From Sphagnum compactum (Eukaryota): a stretch of DNA of 64,000 bases. The stretch lies in the NCBI GenBank assembly GCA_965153455.1, contig OZ234493.1, positions 9,600,213-9,664,212 on the forward strand, given 5' to 3'. Shown piece by piece: positions 27,799-41,219 of the stretch. The translations under genes and the position numbers were made by a program. The notes under the pieces were generated by a model that was not told the DNA's origin, searched no databases, and saw only the letters and a list, made by a program, of their open reading frames with translations. Position 1 is the stretch's first letter; the number at the start of each line of letters is the position of its first letter.

Positions 27799-30700
27799 AT
27801 GTCGTTGTTCAGGAGGTTTTTCTATAGAAGGCCACCTGATGGCCTTCTCGAAATCACGGAGCGTGTCTATGGTGAGAGGAAGATTTGTGTTTTTTTTTGG
27901 TTGGGGAGGGGAGGGGAGGGTTTTTGTTGTCTCTTTCGGTTTCCTATGGTTTGTGATTCTGTGTGGGTTCCAAATTCATATACTGGGTGTTTGCTAGTAA
28001 GGATTTTAGCTTGGGTCAATAGTAGTGATTGATTGATTGATTGATTGATTGCAAGCATTGGAAACCCTAGCGGCTTTTGAGGTGTCTGTGAAGAGGGTTT
28101 GGTTGACTGCATTTGGTTTTCAATCCAGCGGCAGGATGTGCTCACCCCACCCCCATGTGAAGAAGGAAGGCTGTAACCCTAATAAGGATGGGTGAAAGAG
28201 AGACTGTTGGTCCAAAGGACTGCTTGTTCACGCACATGCTAGGGTTTTTTGCTCTGTTGCCCTCAGTGAAAGAGACTGAGATGCTTTGTGTGCTGCTGTG
28301 CAGTGTTTGATTCCTGCTTCTCGACGGATGTGTTTGAGGATGAGACATACAAGATTTACATGCGGCAGATTGCCACACAGCTGCATGAGCAGTTTCCAGA
28401 CTCATCGTATCTGGTGTTCAATTTCAGGGAGGGGGAGAGGAGGAGTCATTTGACAGAGATTTTAGCACGGTATGACATGACAGTCATGGATTATCCTCGC
28501 CAGTATGAAGGTTGCCCGATTCTATCCATGGAGATGATTCACCATTTTCTTCGCTCCAGTGAGAGCTGGTTGTCTTTAGAAGGCAATCAGAACATAATTC
28601 TCATGCATTGTGAGAGAGGAGGCTGGCCATTGCTTGCTTTCATCCTTGCAGCATTTCTTATATATGGGAAGATGTATACAGGGGAGCTCAAAACCCTGGA
28701 TATGCTTCACAGGGAGGCGCCCAAAGGATTGCTTCCTCTTCTTTCACCTTTGAATCCAATGCCATCACAACTCCGGTATCTTCAATATGTTTCAAGAAGA
28801 AACAACGCACCGGAATGGCCTCCACCTGACCGGTCCCTTACATTAGACTGTCTTATCTTCAGGGTGGTTCCAAGCTTCGATTCTGAGGGAGGGTGCAGGC
28901 CTTTGGTTCGCATATTTGGACAAGATCCACGGTCCAAAAAAAACCGCACAACCCAAATGCTTTTCTCTCAAAGTAAGAAGCGAGTCCGGCACTATCGTCA
29001 GGTACATGTCCTCATTTCCTAGGATTCAAGTCTGCAAGGGTTTTTCTTTTTAGGGCTTGCCTGTGTCATGGGTTTTGTCATTTGTACAATCCATGTCCTG
29101 CAATTTATTCACTTTTGAGAGTAGGAGGTTACATTTAGGGTTTCCTGGGTGTTGAGAATTCTCAACATGCACAAGAACCAAGTTTGCATTGGTGCTGATT
29201 CTCTGGTCTTGTATGCCTGAAGTATGCTCTGGTTGAGATTGTGTTCTGTATAGCGCTCAATAGTGGTGGTGGCTGATCAAAGAATGCCAGATTAGCTGTC
29301 AGCACAGAGATTTCTTCATGCAAGAAATCACCAAAGAAACCACGAGCATCATGTGTCAGGCATGGTATACAGCATTGAGCAGGACTAATTGGAACCTAAT
29401 CATGAGCACATGATAGTAATTGTGAGAATTGTGAGAATAGCTGCTGTAGCAATGCACCCCAGTAACACAAGAAGAAACTGTCAGGAACTGGAAGTGGTCT
29501 TTGAGAGCATGGTGGTTATCATAATACCATCAACCGCTGTGGGTCAATCCAGGTTGATTGTGACGTTGTCAAGATCGATCTGCAATGTGCTGTGAGAGGT
29601 GATGTTGTGATGGAGTGCATAAATCTGGAGCATGAAACAGAGCGAGAGGAGATGATGTTCCGGGTTATGTTTAATACAGCTTTCATTAGGTCCAATATCC
29701 TAATTCTCACACGGGATGACATAGACATTTTATGGAATGCCAAAGAACGATTCCCTAAAGATTTCCGAGCAGAGGTGAGTCACTCCTGTCTTGCAGCATT
29801 ACAGTTGTGTGCTTTATATGCTTGTAATTCCCAAGGGTCTATGAGATTAGTTATGTGTCGTGGTTGAACCCACATGAGTATGGTACCATGACCGACAAAT
29901 TCCCATCTGATATTTCCGATTACATTTTTTGTTTGTCTCTGTTTCTCTTGTTGAAAGAAAAAGAACATATCTCCATCTGTCACAAAAGGCCAGTGAACAC
30001 ATGGTCTGCATGACAAGAGGTTTGATTTACAGGGTACTTCCTCAGATCCTTACATAGAGTTGCTGTTGTTTGACAGGTGCTTTTCAATGAAACAGAGGTG
30101 GCTCCTATGTCAATTGCCCCTGTGATAATGCTTGGTGGGGAAGAGAAGGGAGAATTACCCATGGATGCATTTGCAAAAGTTCAGGAGCTTTTCAGTAGTG
30201 GGGACTGGGTGGATGGTCATGGGGATGCTGCTCTTAGATTTCTGCAGCAAATGACTGCCTCTGAGTTCCAGGAACGGTTGGAGAAGCTGCTACCAGGTGA
30301 TTCTCCAGGTGGCCATGGCACATGGTCTTCCCCTGGCTCTCCTCGTAAATTCAAGCCACTAGTTTCTTCTGCTCCTCAAACTTATACACTAAGCCCACTT
30401 CATACTTTGCCACCTCCAGAACCTCCAGGCATTATGCGTACACCTGCACTCCCTTCCACTGATTACTCTGGAAATGGGGGACTTCCTCCTTCCCTTCCCC
30501 CAACACGACTTGGCAGGGCTCCTCCTCCTCCAACTCCCCCTCCTACAACACAATTTGGCAGTGCTCCTCCTCCACCTCCACCCCCACCTCCTCCACCAAG
30601 GTTAGGTGAGGCTCCACCACCACCACCACCTCTTCCAGAAAGGCCAGGTGCTCCACCTCCCCCTCCAGGAAGGCCAGGTGCTCCTCCTCCACCTCCACCA

Positions 30701-33700
30701 CCACCACCTCCTCCTCCAGGAAGGGTAGGTGCTCCTTCTCCCCCTCCACCTCCACCACCACCTCCTCCTCCAGGAAGGGTAGGTGCTCCTCCTCCCCCTC
30801 CACCTCCACCACCACCACCTCCTCCAGGAAGGCCAGGTGCTCCTCCCCCCCCTCCACCTCCACCACCGCCTCCTCCTCCAGGAAGGCTAGGTGCTACTCC
30901 TCCCCCTCCACCTCCACCACCGCCTCTTCCTCCAGGAAGGCCAGGTGCTCCTCCTCCTCCACCTCCCCCTCCTCCACCTCCCCCTCCTCCACCTCCCCCT
31001 CCTCCACCTCCCCCTCCTCCACCTCCCCCTCCTCCACCACCACCTCCAAGAAAACCAGGTGCTCCTCCTCCACCTCCACCACCACCTCCTCCAGGAAGAC
31101 CAGGTGCTCCTCCACCACCTCCACCACCACCTCCTCCTCCTCCAGGAAGACCAGGTGCTCCTCCACCACCTCCACCACCACCTCCTCCTCCTCCAGGAAG
31201 ACCAGGTGCTCCTCCACCACCTCCACCACCACCTCCTCCTCCTCCAGGAAGACCAGGTGCTCCTCCACCACCTCCCCCACCACCTCCTCCTCCAGGAAGA
31301 CCAGGTGCTCCTCCACCACCTCCACCACCACCTCCTCCTCCAGGAAGACCAGGTGCTCCTCCACCACCTCCACCACCACCACCTCCTCCTGGAAGACCAG
31401 GTGCTCCTCCACCACCCCCACCACCACCACCTCCTGGAAGACCAGGTGCTCCTCCTCCTCCAACACCACCTCCTCCAGGAAGACCAGGTGCTCCTCCTCC
31501 ACCTGCACCACCACCTCCTCCTGGGAGACCAAGTGCTCCTACTCCACCTCCACCACCACCTCCTCCAGGACAGCCTGGTGCCCCTCCTCCTCCAAAACAG
31601 CCAAGTGCTCCACCACCACCTCCACCTCCTCTAGGACGGCCCAGTGCTCCTCCTCGTGGTCCTCCACCTCCTCCAACCACAGGCAAATTTGGTGCTCCTC
31701 CGCCACCACCCGCTCCCCTTCTTGGTAAGGGCCAAGGTGGTCCTCCAGCCCCTCCCTCAATAGGCTCCTCTGCCACTCCCTTGCCAACAGGAGGTCGGGC
31801 ATTGCCTCCTGCACCCACAACTGTTGCTGCTCCGCCGCAGCCATTGCCCAAGAAAGCATCTTTGAAACCCCTTCACTGGGTGAAAGTCACTCGTGCTGTT
31901 CAAGGCAGTTTGTGGGCAGAGAATCAGAAACAGGAAGATCTTACACGGTACCTTTCTGGAAGATCCTTTGCACTTTGCAGTTCTTTGTGAATCTGTCATA
32001 AGACAGGGGGTGTGCAACCATGCTTTTAGATTTTTAGAGGTGGAATCCAAGCCATTGAGATAACACTCGCTTGCAATAGTACAATGATCACAGATCTGAG
32101 TATATGGACTGATCATGTTTTGTGGGTCTGTCTGACAGAGCACCTGATTTTGATATGTCTGAGTTGGAGAGCCTATTTTCAGCAGCAGCACCAGTTTCAA
32201 ATTCTGTAGCTGCAGATAGGGCAGGATCAAAAAGAGCAGCAACAAAGCAGGAGAAAGTTCATCTGGTACAAAAATTGCCCCTTCTTACACTGACCCTGAT
32301 ACCCAACAATGTGATATGATGGTTGATGGTCACTGAGTGTGCATCTCGGGTAGACTTTCTGAAGTCAGCAAAATTATGACTCATTGAAAGAGTCGCATCA
32401 TCAGTTTAAGACCTTCTGATTTAAGATTGTTACTTCATACATGCAGGTTGACCTTAGGCGAGCAAATAATTGTGAGATTATGCTCACAAAAGTCAAGATG
32501 CCTTTGCCAGATGTGATTGTAAGTGAATGTTGTCCCACGTTAAAGGGTGTTTTATGGAATTGGTATGTTGTTATTTCAGCAATATGTTGTTTTTGAGACA
32601 ATTGGGTTTCTGTGATTTGTTTGTGTCAGGAGTTTGCTTTGCTGGTCCTTTGGGCATGATTCCAAGGGATTTTTAGCACTACTGACTTGAGGATCTCTGT
32701 CTCCAGAGTGGAGTTCTTGCTTTGGATGGGTCTGTGTTGGACACAGACCAGGTTGAAAATCTCATCAAGTTCTGCCCAACAAAGGAAGAAATGGAGATGC
32801 TGCGGGTAGGTTGATAGGTTGTCCTTGAATTTAACTTTGTAACATTGGAATACAAATTTGCCTCCTTCATCTCTGAGTCTTTATGAGGGGTGGTTATAAC
32901 TCTAGCAGAAAATCTTTGTATGGTTCCATAATACTGAGAATTGATTTCAAGTTTCCTTGTGGCATTGTTAAGAGGAAACAAACTGAGCATAGATGTCCGT
33001 GCCCTTACTTTTGTGTCTGTGGGATTGCACTCAGAATTTTCCTGGTGACAAAGCCACTCTAGGAAAGTCCGAACAGGTACAGTTTTGCCATCCTCTTGGA
33101 GTTTTGTCTGTTTCTGCAGAATTTTTATACATGTTTTCAGCTTTGATGCATCTCTCAACCTTAGAAGCTCTCTGGCATCAGTGTTGAAACTCTTTGTTCT
33201 TACATTTCCTCAAAGCTTGCAGCCTAGGCATTGTATCACTATCTGTGCCAACAAATCTAGTGGGTCATGGCAAACTCCACTTTTGGTGTTAGCATTGCTG
33301 GTCCTTGAAGAACATAAGACTGCATCTTATGTTCTTTAAATTGTGAATTGTGCAAACACAAATTTCTATTCATAACTCTCAGGATGATATGTTTGATTAG
33401 TTTTTATCTTGCAGTTTTTTCTTGAAATGATGAGGGTCCCAAGAATGGAGGCCAAATTGCGAGTTTTCTCCTTCAAAATTCTTTTTGCTTCACAGGTAAT
33501 GTCTGGTCTTGGTTGTTGCATGCAGTTCCTAAATTCAGAACTTTGGGAAGTTTACTGCCTTCAGGCCCCCCTCCTGCTGTCTGATGAACTGGCATGTTTT
33601 TGTAACAGATCAAAGATCTGCGAACTAATTTGGATATTGTAAACGATGCTTCCAAAGAGGTTGGTTTGGTTTACACACCTTTGTCTTTGTTTGCATGTTC

Positions 33701-35624
33701 TTATGTGTATGAAGTAGATCAGGATATATCGTATGGTACTAGTGCAAGGTCTCTCCCTTTCCAATGCATAATAGGGCTCTCACGTACCTCAATTCAAGTG
33801 CTGGTGTGCCTTATGGTCTCTCTCTCACCTTTGCAATGTAGCTCTTATTACTGTATCCCAAGGAGTTCAGTTACATGGCAAAGTAACTTTCTTGATATCA
33901 GGGAGATGAGAGGGCAAATGCAGAGAAAGTGGTTTGAATCTGCCTTTCTGTATTGGTGAGTAAATTCTGATCAAGAATCTGGTATGTGTAACTCAGGTGA
34001 GGGAATCGGCTAAATTACGTCGCGTAATGCAGACCATACTGTCCCTTGGCAATGCACTTAATTCTGGAACAGCTCGAGGTAGGATACTAAACACAGGGGG
34101 AGTAGGATACTCAATACATTCCATTGTTTCTGTGCTTTGCTTTGTGATACCTTTCATGTACATTGATGTATACCATATTGGCATATTGTGTTTGTGTTTT
34201 TGCCACGTGCAGGATCAGCAATTGGATTCAAGCTGGACAGTCTCCTCAAACTCACGGACACACGGGCGCGCAACAGTAAAATGACTCTCATGCATTATCT
34301 TTGCAAGGTGAGAAATTCTTCTTAATATTATTCAATGTTTTGTGACTTCTCCCAAGAGCCCTTCTTCCTTCAGCCTTTGACAAGCAATGCTGTTCACCTC
34401 TCTGTTTCATGATCAGTTTTCCTTGTTTTTTTGCTTTGCGATTTGACCTCTCTGAGAAAACATGACCCAATCTTCTAATTTCTGTTGTAACATGGGCATA
34501 ACAGGTCATAGCTGAGAAGTTACCTGATCTTCTTGACTTTGACAAGGACCTGCCAAACTTGGAACCTGCAACCAAGGTAATCTTCTCTACAGGCCCATTA
34601 TGTGAAGTTGAAAGTTCTGGTCATGTTAGGAAAGGTTTTGATTCAAGCACATTAAGGGATCAGGATTGAAGTAGAAGATCTTCTGAACTGTGGAGTGTCA
34701 TGTTGCATTACAGATTCAGCTGAAATCTTTGGCGGAAGAGATGCAATCAGTTAGCAAAGGTCTTGAGAAAGTGGAACAGGAACTCAGTGTTTCAGAAAAT
34801 GATGGCCCTGCATCTGCAGGTTTCCGAAAGGTCTGTGTGTGAAAACCTTCCAACCTGTTCATCCTTAAAGAGGAAGTAAACAGTATCTGGTTTTTCCTCC
34901 TCCACGAATTGGATATTTGCCTGCTTGTTTTTCTTTCTTGCTATTAAAATGTTCCTGTTGGAGTCCAGGCATTGAAGGAGTTCCTCACAACAGCTGAGGC
35001 TGATGTCCGCTCTCTTGCTTCTCTTTATGCTGAAGTGGTAAGTTTCTTCCAAACCATCATCACAGAAGTCTGCTGAACATAAAAAATTTGGAGAGCATTT
35101 CTTAGAGGATTTGGATTTACATCCCTGCCTGAATTTTATGATTGGGAATGCTATGCATAGGCAAGGGAGGCTTTCTGCTCCAAAGAAGCTTTTAAGATGC
35201 CCATGATGTGTATCTGATGACAACAGGGTCGAAATGCGGATTCACTGGCACAGTACTTTGGAGAGGATCCTGCACGGTGCCCGTTTGAGCAAGGTAAATT
35301 CCCTTTGCTCTTACTGATCATCTCAATATATCTCAATTGTTGAAGAATCCTTTGGGTATTGTCAGGTAATTTCGAATTTGTTTTTGGGTGACAGAAATAT
35401 AGTTTATTGGTGGGTGGGTTGTTACGATTGCAGTGACATCAATACTGTTCAACTTTGTGAGAATGTTCAAAAGGGGGCATGAGGACAACATTAAGCAGGT
35501 AGAGCTGGAGAAGAAGAAAGCAGAGAAGGATGCCAAGGATGCTGAGAGAGAAAGAAGTAAAGCTTCTCCTGCTAGAAACGATTCTGAGACTGTGCTTCGG
35601 CAATTGAAGGCCAGAGTTGGATAA
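27799..35624 (+). CDS. Class II formin (PTEN-like - C2 - FH1 - FH2), 17 exons, ~1342 aa
   Basis: Exons 27799-27871, 28304-29001, 29553-29774, 30077-31947, 32139-32265, 32447-32518, 32707-32805, 33035-33076, 33415-33495, 33609-33659, 33997-34078, 34213-34307, 34505-34576, 34714-34830, 34969-35037, 35227-35293, 35434-35624. All introns are GT-AG and frame-consistent (4029 nt). Motifs: N-terminal MSLFRRFFYRRPPDGLLEI, HCERGGWP, LKPLHWVKVTRA, ILSLGNALNSGTARG, GFKLDSLLKL, YFGEDPARCPFEQ. Confidence 0.96.
30560..31720 (+). repeat. FH1 poly-proline coding repeat array (GRPGA-Pn units) of the formin
   Basis: About 20 units of ccaggaagaccaggtgct followed by CCN runs, plus a 33-Pro tract at 30950-31048. 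Confidence 0.95.
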
Positions 35625-37409
35625 AGGCCCTTTAGCCCAATGGGTTTCTGATGTTCAAAAGAATTTCAGTGCCAGAGCCAGTTCCACTTTGCTAAAAGCA
35701 AAATATCACAAAACCTGCAGTTTTGATCCCTTTGACACTGTATGTGACGATGTAGTTAGGGGAAAGTTGCTTTAGTTGGCTTCCAGGTTTCTCACACCCA
35801 AGATGGTGGGGATTCCCTCCTAACTCCAGAGTACTACCTTCTTGCCACAAACCCTCCTGAGTAGGGGGTTTGTGCATGAACCACTACTCCATCTATACAG
35901 CATTGAATCCAAATCAGCTGTGTCCCACAGAAATTGACCCTCAGGTTTTCACCATACTGGCACAGGACTACCCATGTGCCTATTGGCACGTAGGCCAAGT
36001 ATGGGTGACTTCCTTCTCTTATGAAGGTGCACAGCGGTAGTCATTTAGGAAGCCTGTTGGCTGAGTAGTTTCAGGTCAATTCAAGGATTCAAGTCCATGT
36101 GTTGATGTGGCAGTGTTCTTACATTATTTGTTTTATAGTGTGCCCCCCCCCCAATCTAGGATGAATGCACATCATGCAGTTTTTTTCCCAGCTCTAGGAG
36201 ATAAAAAACTGGAGTTGGGTCCTGAGGAATTCGGCACCAACACCTGTAAGGTTAAGTGGCACAGGTCTCTTCAGGGAATCTGTTCAGCAAAATTCCGAAA
36301 TAGGCTTCAGAAGAAGTTTGTGGAACTTTTAAATTGAGTTTTCCTATTTGACTAGCATCACCACCTGTGCCTGTCTTGTATAGACAATCATGCCATGTCT
36401 TTGTAGAGAGTCTGGTTATGACTTTTGTGTGAAAAGACGAAGGCAGGGGAAAACTCGTTGTAAGGTGGGTGTGAATGTACACACCCCATGTACAATAAAA
36501 TTTTAGCAGGTTATTGTTTTGGAAATTCCTTTGCTATGAATGAATCATAATGCCACTGTGGGTTCCCCGATTCCATTCTTTCAGTTTCCAGATGTTGCTT
36601 GATTCCATTCTTCTGGGGTGCATGTATTTTTAGTAGGTTATTATTTTTTCCAGTTTTGTTCAAAATAGTTGACTTCACAATTGGTAGTTGATTTTTGATG
36701 TAAATCAAAGGTTTCCAACAAGTCATTCCCAAACAAGACAGCAATATGACAGCATAAGTGATGGTATAAGAACACAGTGATTTTGTCTAGTAGGAGAAAG
36801 AGTAAAATCATTAATTCTCTACAAACATGAGGTTTTGGTACCTGCAGATTGAATTTATTTACGAGCTTGCCTGCCAGCAACTGATGTGGAGGCTGAGCTA
36901 CAGGGCTGCGCACCGTTGCACTCATTCCTTCACCGCTCAGCCAGCTATTTTTGTCCTCCAATGGTTGAATTTTTGTTCTTGTCACGAGAAGCGGAGTGGA
37001 GGTGTTGAGTGGAGCATATATGAAGTCCTTTGCTGCTAGCCTCATTACCTTGCTCATTGCTAAGTGCCCACTCACTGACTAGAAGTCCAAAAGAAAACCT
37101 ATGAACTATCACAATCCTGAGGACACTTACAAATCCAAAAAGATTGCAGTACTATTATGAACATAAGATTCAGACATTCAAAGAAAAAGAAGACGAAACT
37201 GCTGACACTCTAAAAGCATGAATAAACATTTGCTAGTCAAAATTAGGTGAAACCAAGCACAAGCAAATGCCGCCACATTCCCTATACTGGACCACACCAT
37301 GAATTCTATACAGCACCAGCACAATAGTCACCAACAGGTCACACCTTCTTATAAATAGTCAGCACAAAGACCCTCTCCTCAAATAGAACTTTGTATGTGA
37401 ACCACATCT

Positions 37410-37810
37410 ATGAGATTGCAGAGCAAACTCTACAACAACCTTTAAAGGTAACCATTCTGTAGGTTACAAGCAAAATAAAATCTACCATGAAAAGAATGAT
37501 TGCAGTCATAATACTCCCCAGCAACTTCAATCAGCTCCCAACAGTTGGTGTGGAAGTAAACAATAATCCAACCAAAATTTCAGGCTAACCATTACACAAA
37601 GATCTGCATCCTAAGTTTCTATCACATTTCTGGAAGCAGTTTGAAGACTCAGTCAAGATGTTGGCTAGCCTCAAGAAACACAACTAATCAACAAAGTGAA
37701 GAGTATCCTCATTCAAGCTGCAACAAGCTTGCTTGGGATGCTAAGCTTTCATTTTAGCTTGTCCCCTGTACAAGAAAGGGCCTAAGCCTAAGGCATAGAG
37801 AGGCTCAACA
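37410..37810. repeat. Non-coding segment duplicated at ~49120-49545 (copy A)
   Basis: Shared blocks: ttgcagag..ctacaacaac..taaaggtaac, tgcagtcata, tcagctcccaacagt, gaagactcag, gatgttggctagc, agtatcctcattcaagctgcaacaagctt, tttcattttagc.tgtccc. Confidence 0.8.
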
Positions 37811-38503
37811 GAGTTATGAGAACCACTCTGCAGGCAGCTGCTGCCATCATCTCTTCTATGAGAGCTCTAGACATGTTTCAGGATTTACAATGAAATAGAA
37901 TTCTGCAAAAGGAAGGGATAAAATGCCTAAGCAATAAAAGGCTTGATGGTAGGTATTGGGCAGAAAAATTGGCTCCTCAGCAAGGCACATGCTCATATGT
38001 ACCTGGATGCAAAAAAGAAATTTGGGAAGAAACAGGTGCAAGGAGCAACAAAGCCAAGGTGTGAAAGTCCTGAATTGTTTTGTAAGAAGCACTGCCAGGA
38101 GTGTCTTGTATTCACACTTTACAGATATATTAATATAATACATGGAGCTCTGAGCAATAGACTGAAAAGTGATCTCCTCACATCTTAATATTTGCTATCT
38201 TCTGAGACATCTAAGCACAGGAAAGTTGCTAAGCATGCTGGCTTTTGGCCACACATTTTGGAGAGAAGGGAACCTGACCAGACATCATTCAGAGTGCATG
38301 ATTGCAGCAACCTGCATAAGCCCCTAAGGGAAAGGAAAAAAAAGACTCGGAGATCAGACTACCTCAACTAAAAAACGGGCAGTGATCCCAGGCCAGGAAC
38401 ATAATATACAATCAAAGGCTTTGGAGAATGTACCATCCATTACTCAGAGCAAGCTTCAGTGACCTCATGGTACAAGGTGGATAGCTGGCTGGCTTGTCCA
38501 CTC

Positions 38504-39531
38504 TCAAGAGTCATAGACCTTTGCAAGTGTATAATTTCCGTAAAGTGTTCTCCCTCCCTTTGGTGAATCCAGAGGGGAGGCTGGCTGCTGCAGCATTGAC
38601 CACATCACATGCACGTCCTCATAGCCACATGACACTACATCATTGTAAAGCTTTTTCATGCCAGTCCCTGAAAAACCCACAACAACATGTCAGTAAAGAT
38701 TGGTTCTGTGTATGGATCATGCAAACTGAAACAAACAATTTCAATGCTGTACCTACAGTATCCAAGACCTGGGCACTAACAAGAAAGTCTGAGAAAAATT
38801 ACAACCAACTCCTCACCTTCCATGGTCCATACAAAAATCTCAAAATCCGACATCCATCTACCATAGTTCAATGTCTCTACTATGGCCAGAACTAGACAGA
38901 TGTCAAGGAGGACCTACACAATTGTGACATGATTCATTCCAAATGGCAGTGCAAACAGGGAGAATCTGGAATTGATCAGAATTGCACAAGGTTGGGAGAA
39001 CTGGATCATGAGGGGCACGCTTCTCAGGCAGATCAATTACCTATGGAGATTGCCACCAGAGAGGATAAGGCAAAGATCTCCCACTGATGATTACAACATG
39101 TCAAGTCAATCCTGGCATGTAATGTATGCAAGCATCCACTCATCCAAACTCTAAAATTATGAGCATCTCCACAGAAAATGCAAGAAGAAGCTGATTTTGC
39201 CACAGAAAATACTCAAATAGAGAGCCTCTGCAGCCCTGGGGTCTCTATTGTCTTGTACAAATGGAAACTCTAAAGCTCTCTTTCTTTCTACCAGCCAAAT
39301 ATTCTCAGCCTTTGTTCAGAAAGCTACCCGGCACGATTCTTCTCCCTCCCGTTAGCTCACTCCCCCATACTCTCAAGCCACCAGCCATTAGACAAATACA
39401 GCAAACCGGATAGAGAATTGATCCAGGGAACACATACTTACCATGCTTCCGCTTCTTAGGATGCAATCTGATGACCACGACATTCCACATTCGCCTGAAA
39501 GGAAAAGTCACGGTACGCAGCCAATAATCCC

Positions 39532-39535
<4 letters not shown>
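38504..39535 (-). CDS. Uncharacterised plant small protein (85 aa) of the family with the LYxDVxxCGYEDVxVMWxML motif, 2 exons
   Basis: Exon 1 is 39535-39442 (MGDYWLRTVTFPFRRMWNVVVIRLHPKKRKH-G), followed by a GT-AG intron. Exon 2 is 38667-38504 (TGMKKLYNDVVSCGYEDVHVMWSMLQQPASPLDSPKGGRTLYGNYTLAKVYDS*). Exon 2 is absent from the ORF track. Confidence 0.88.
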
Positions 39536-39580
<45 letters not shown>

Positions 39581-40479
39581 CTTCCTTCAACTCGATCCTC
39601 TCCCCTCGGAACTACGCCTTCTCTATCGCAACAGAAAAATTCTTCAAACCAAAAAGAAGAAGACAAAACAAGAAAGTAGTCTAGTTACCTTACACGCAGT
39701 TCTCCTTACTCTCTCAACAATGACGACGGTAAGCGACAGAACAAGAAAGAGCAAACAAACAAACAGTCTCCTACCCGTCTGTCTGTCTGTCTGTCTGTAT
39801 TACCAGGCTTCTTCTTCTGCGGCTTCCTCTTCTTCTGCTTCTTCGTCTTCGGAAGCTGGTTCCATTCCCCTACTGAAGAAGCTCGAGACAACGTGAGGCA
39901 GGGAGGGAGAGAGCGAGAGAATGTGAGTAGCGACGGAGTGAAGAAGAGTGCTCTTGCGCTGGTCTGACGATGCATGATGGAGGCGGACACTGGACGCGTT
40001 GTGTGGCGCAGAACGCGCCATGACCGCCGTGTCCAGAGCTCCTGCTTGCTGCGTATGCAAACGGGCGGGCCCCCCGTGACTCGGACCCAGCAGCGTTTTT
40101 TTTGGCAATTTTGTGTTATAAAAAAACCAAAATGGCGATGATTCATGGGAAGCAGTGGTTTTTTCTCGTTTCTTTGGTGGCGAAATTCGTAACTTGACGA
40201 AATTCATTTTTCAAAAAATGAAACAAAAAAGCAGAATTTTTTGGTGGATTTTCCACATTTTTGAAATAAAAATAATTAAATTTGCCATACACTACTAGAC
40301 TTCGGCATTTCCTAGATCGCCACTCGCCACTTGTAGTAGTAGCACATTTGTAAAAATGCTGCATCCCACATAGGACAATCGCCATTAAATGCTAATTAAT
40401 GCTGGGATCCTCGCCAGTGGACCTACTTCAGGAATTTGGACCCCAAAAAAAAAAAAAAAACCTGTATTAGGAAGATTTT

Positions 40480-40995
40480 GATGAAATGGCGATCATCACC
40501 TATGAAGATTTAGCCAAATCTGGCTATAATCCAGAAATAAATTATCATTCTAAATTATAAAATAGAATGGTTCTTCTATATTTCTGGCTATAAAATGAAA
40601 ACCAAAGATGCGAACCTGGCGATTTCAACCCCCCCTTTTTTCCTCACTTCTGGCAACTGAAAACCTCAGAAATCACTTCTCTTCTAATTTTAAATTTTTT
40701 ATTTTCTCTTTTTGGCGAAATCTCGCCAGTAAAAAAAAATGCTGGTCCAACTTGGACCAGTGACTTTTCTTTTAGCCAAAGTGGTGATGATCCACTCAAA
40801 GATTTAGCCAGATTTGGCAACATGCTAAATATGAAAGTAGTTTATTTATGGCTACCCTACTTGAACCACCACCATGTGTACAAATCTGGAAACTTCTTCT
40901 CAAATTGTGGTCGAGTTATATATGGCTATTGAAAATCTCATAAAAGGTACATAATTTTAGCACTTTTGATTTTTAGTATAGCATTTTGGCTATAT
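40480..40995 (+). repeat. Two adjacent copies of dispersed repeat family A
   Basis: tggcgatcatcacctatgaagatttagccaaatctggctata (~40487) and tttagccaaagtggtgatgatccactcaaagatttagccagatttggca (~40771). Confidence 0.6.
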
Positions 40996-41219
40996 CTACG
41001 GCCCTCACACAAACAAACCCTCTCTTCTTTCTTTCTCTCTCTCTCTCTCTCTCTCTGTGTTTGTGTCTTTTTCCAAACTCCAATAATTCAGCTATCATCA
41101 CTTGCCTTTTCAGTCTTCCTTTTGTTGGACGGACTACTTTTCTTTGCAATAAAGTAAAAAAAGAGTTTGGCAGATTTAGTACCAAATTCAATAAAGTTTT
41201 GCAGGTTTATAACAATGTT

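Noticed and set aside
28603-28630. Formin PTEN-like domain lacks the CX5R arginine (HCERGGWP)
   Set aside because: An already established property of plant class II formins, so not novel.
30463-31851. 462-aa glycine-rich minus-strand ORF and His/Leu- or Glu/Val-rich ORFs in other frames
   Set aside because: These are shadows of the formin poly-proline codon repeats, with no independent gene signals.
36915-37080. Imperfect hairpins between the formin and microprotein 3' ends, and the 144-aa minus ORF 36641-37075
   Set aside because: The stems are short with competing pairings, and the ORF has no recognisable motif.
37601-37621. Resemblance of agatctgcatcctaagtttct (and ctatctgcgtcctgagtttct at ~49340) to miR2111-5p as I recall it
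   Set aside because: Only the core matches, the hairpin is short and imperfect, and the two copies differ within the putative mature sequence. Not supportable without small-RNA data.
38440-38490. LSTLYHEVTEACSE* just after the microprotein stop, resembling its LYNDVVSCGYE motif
   Set aside because: Too short and too weak at the DNA level to distinguish from chance.
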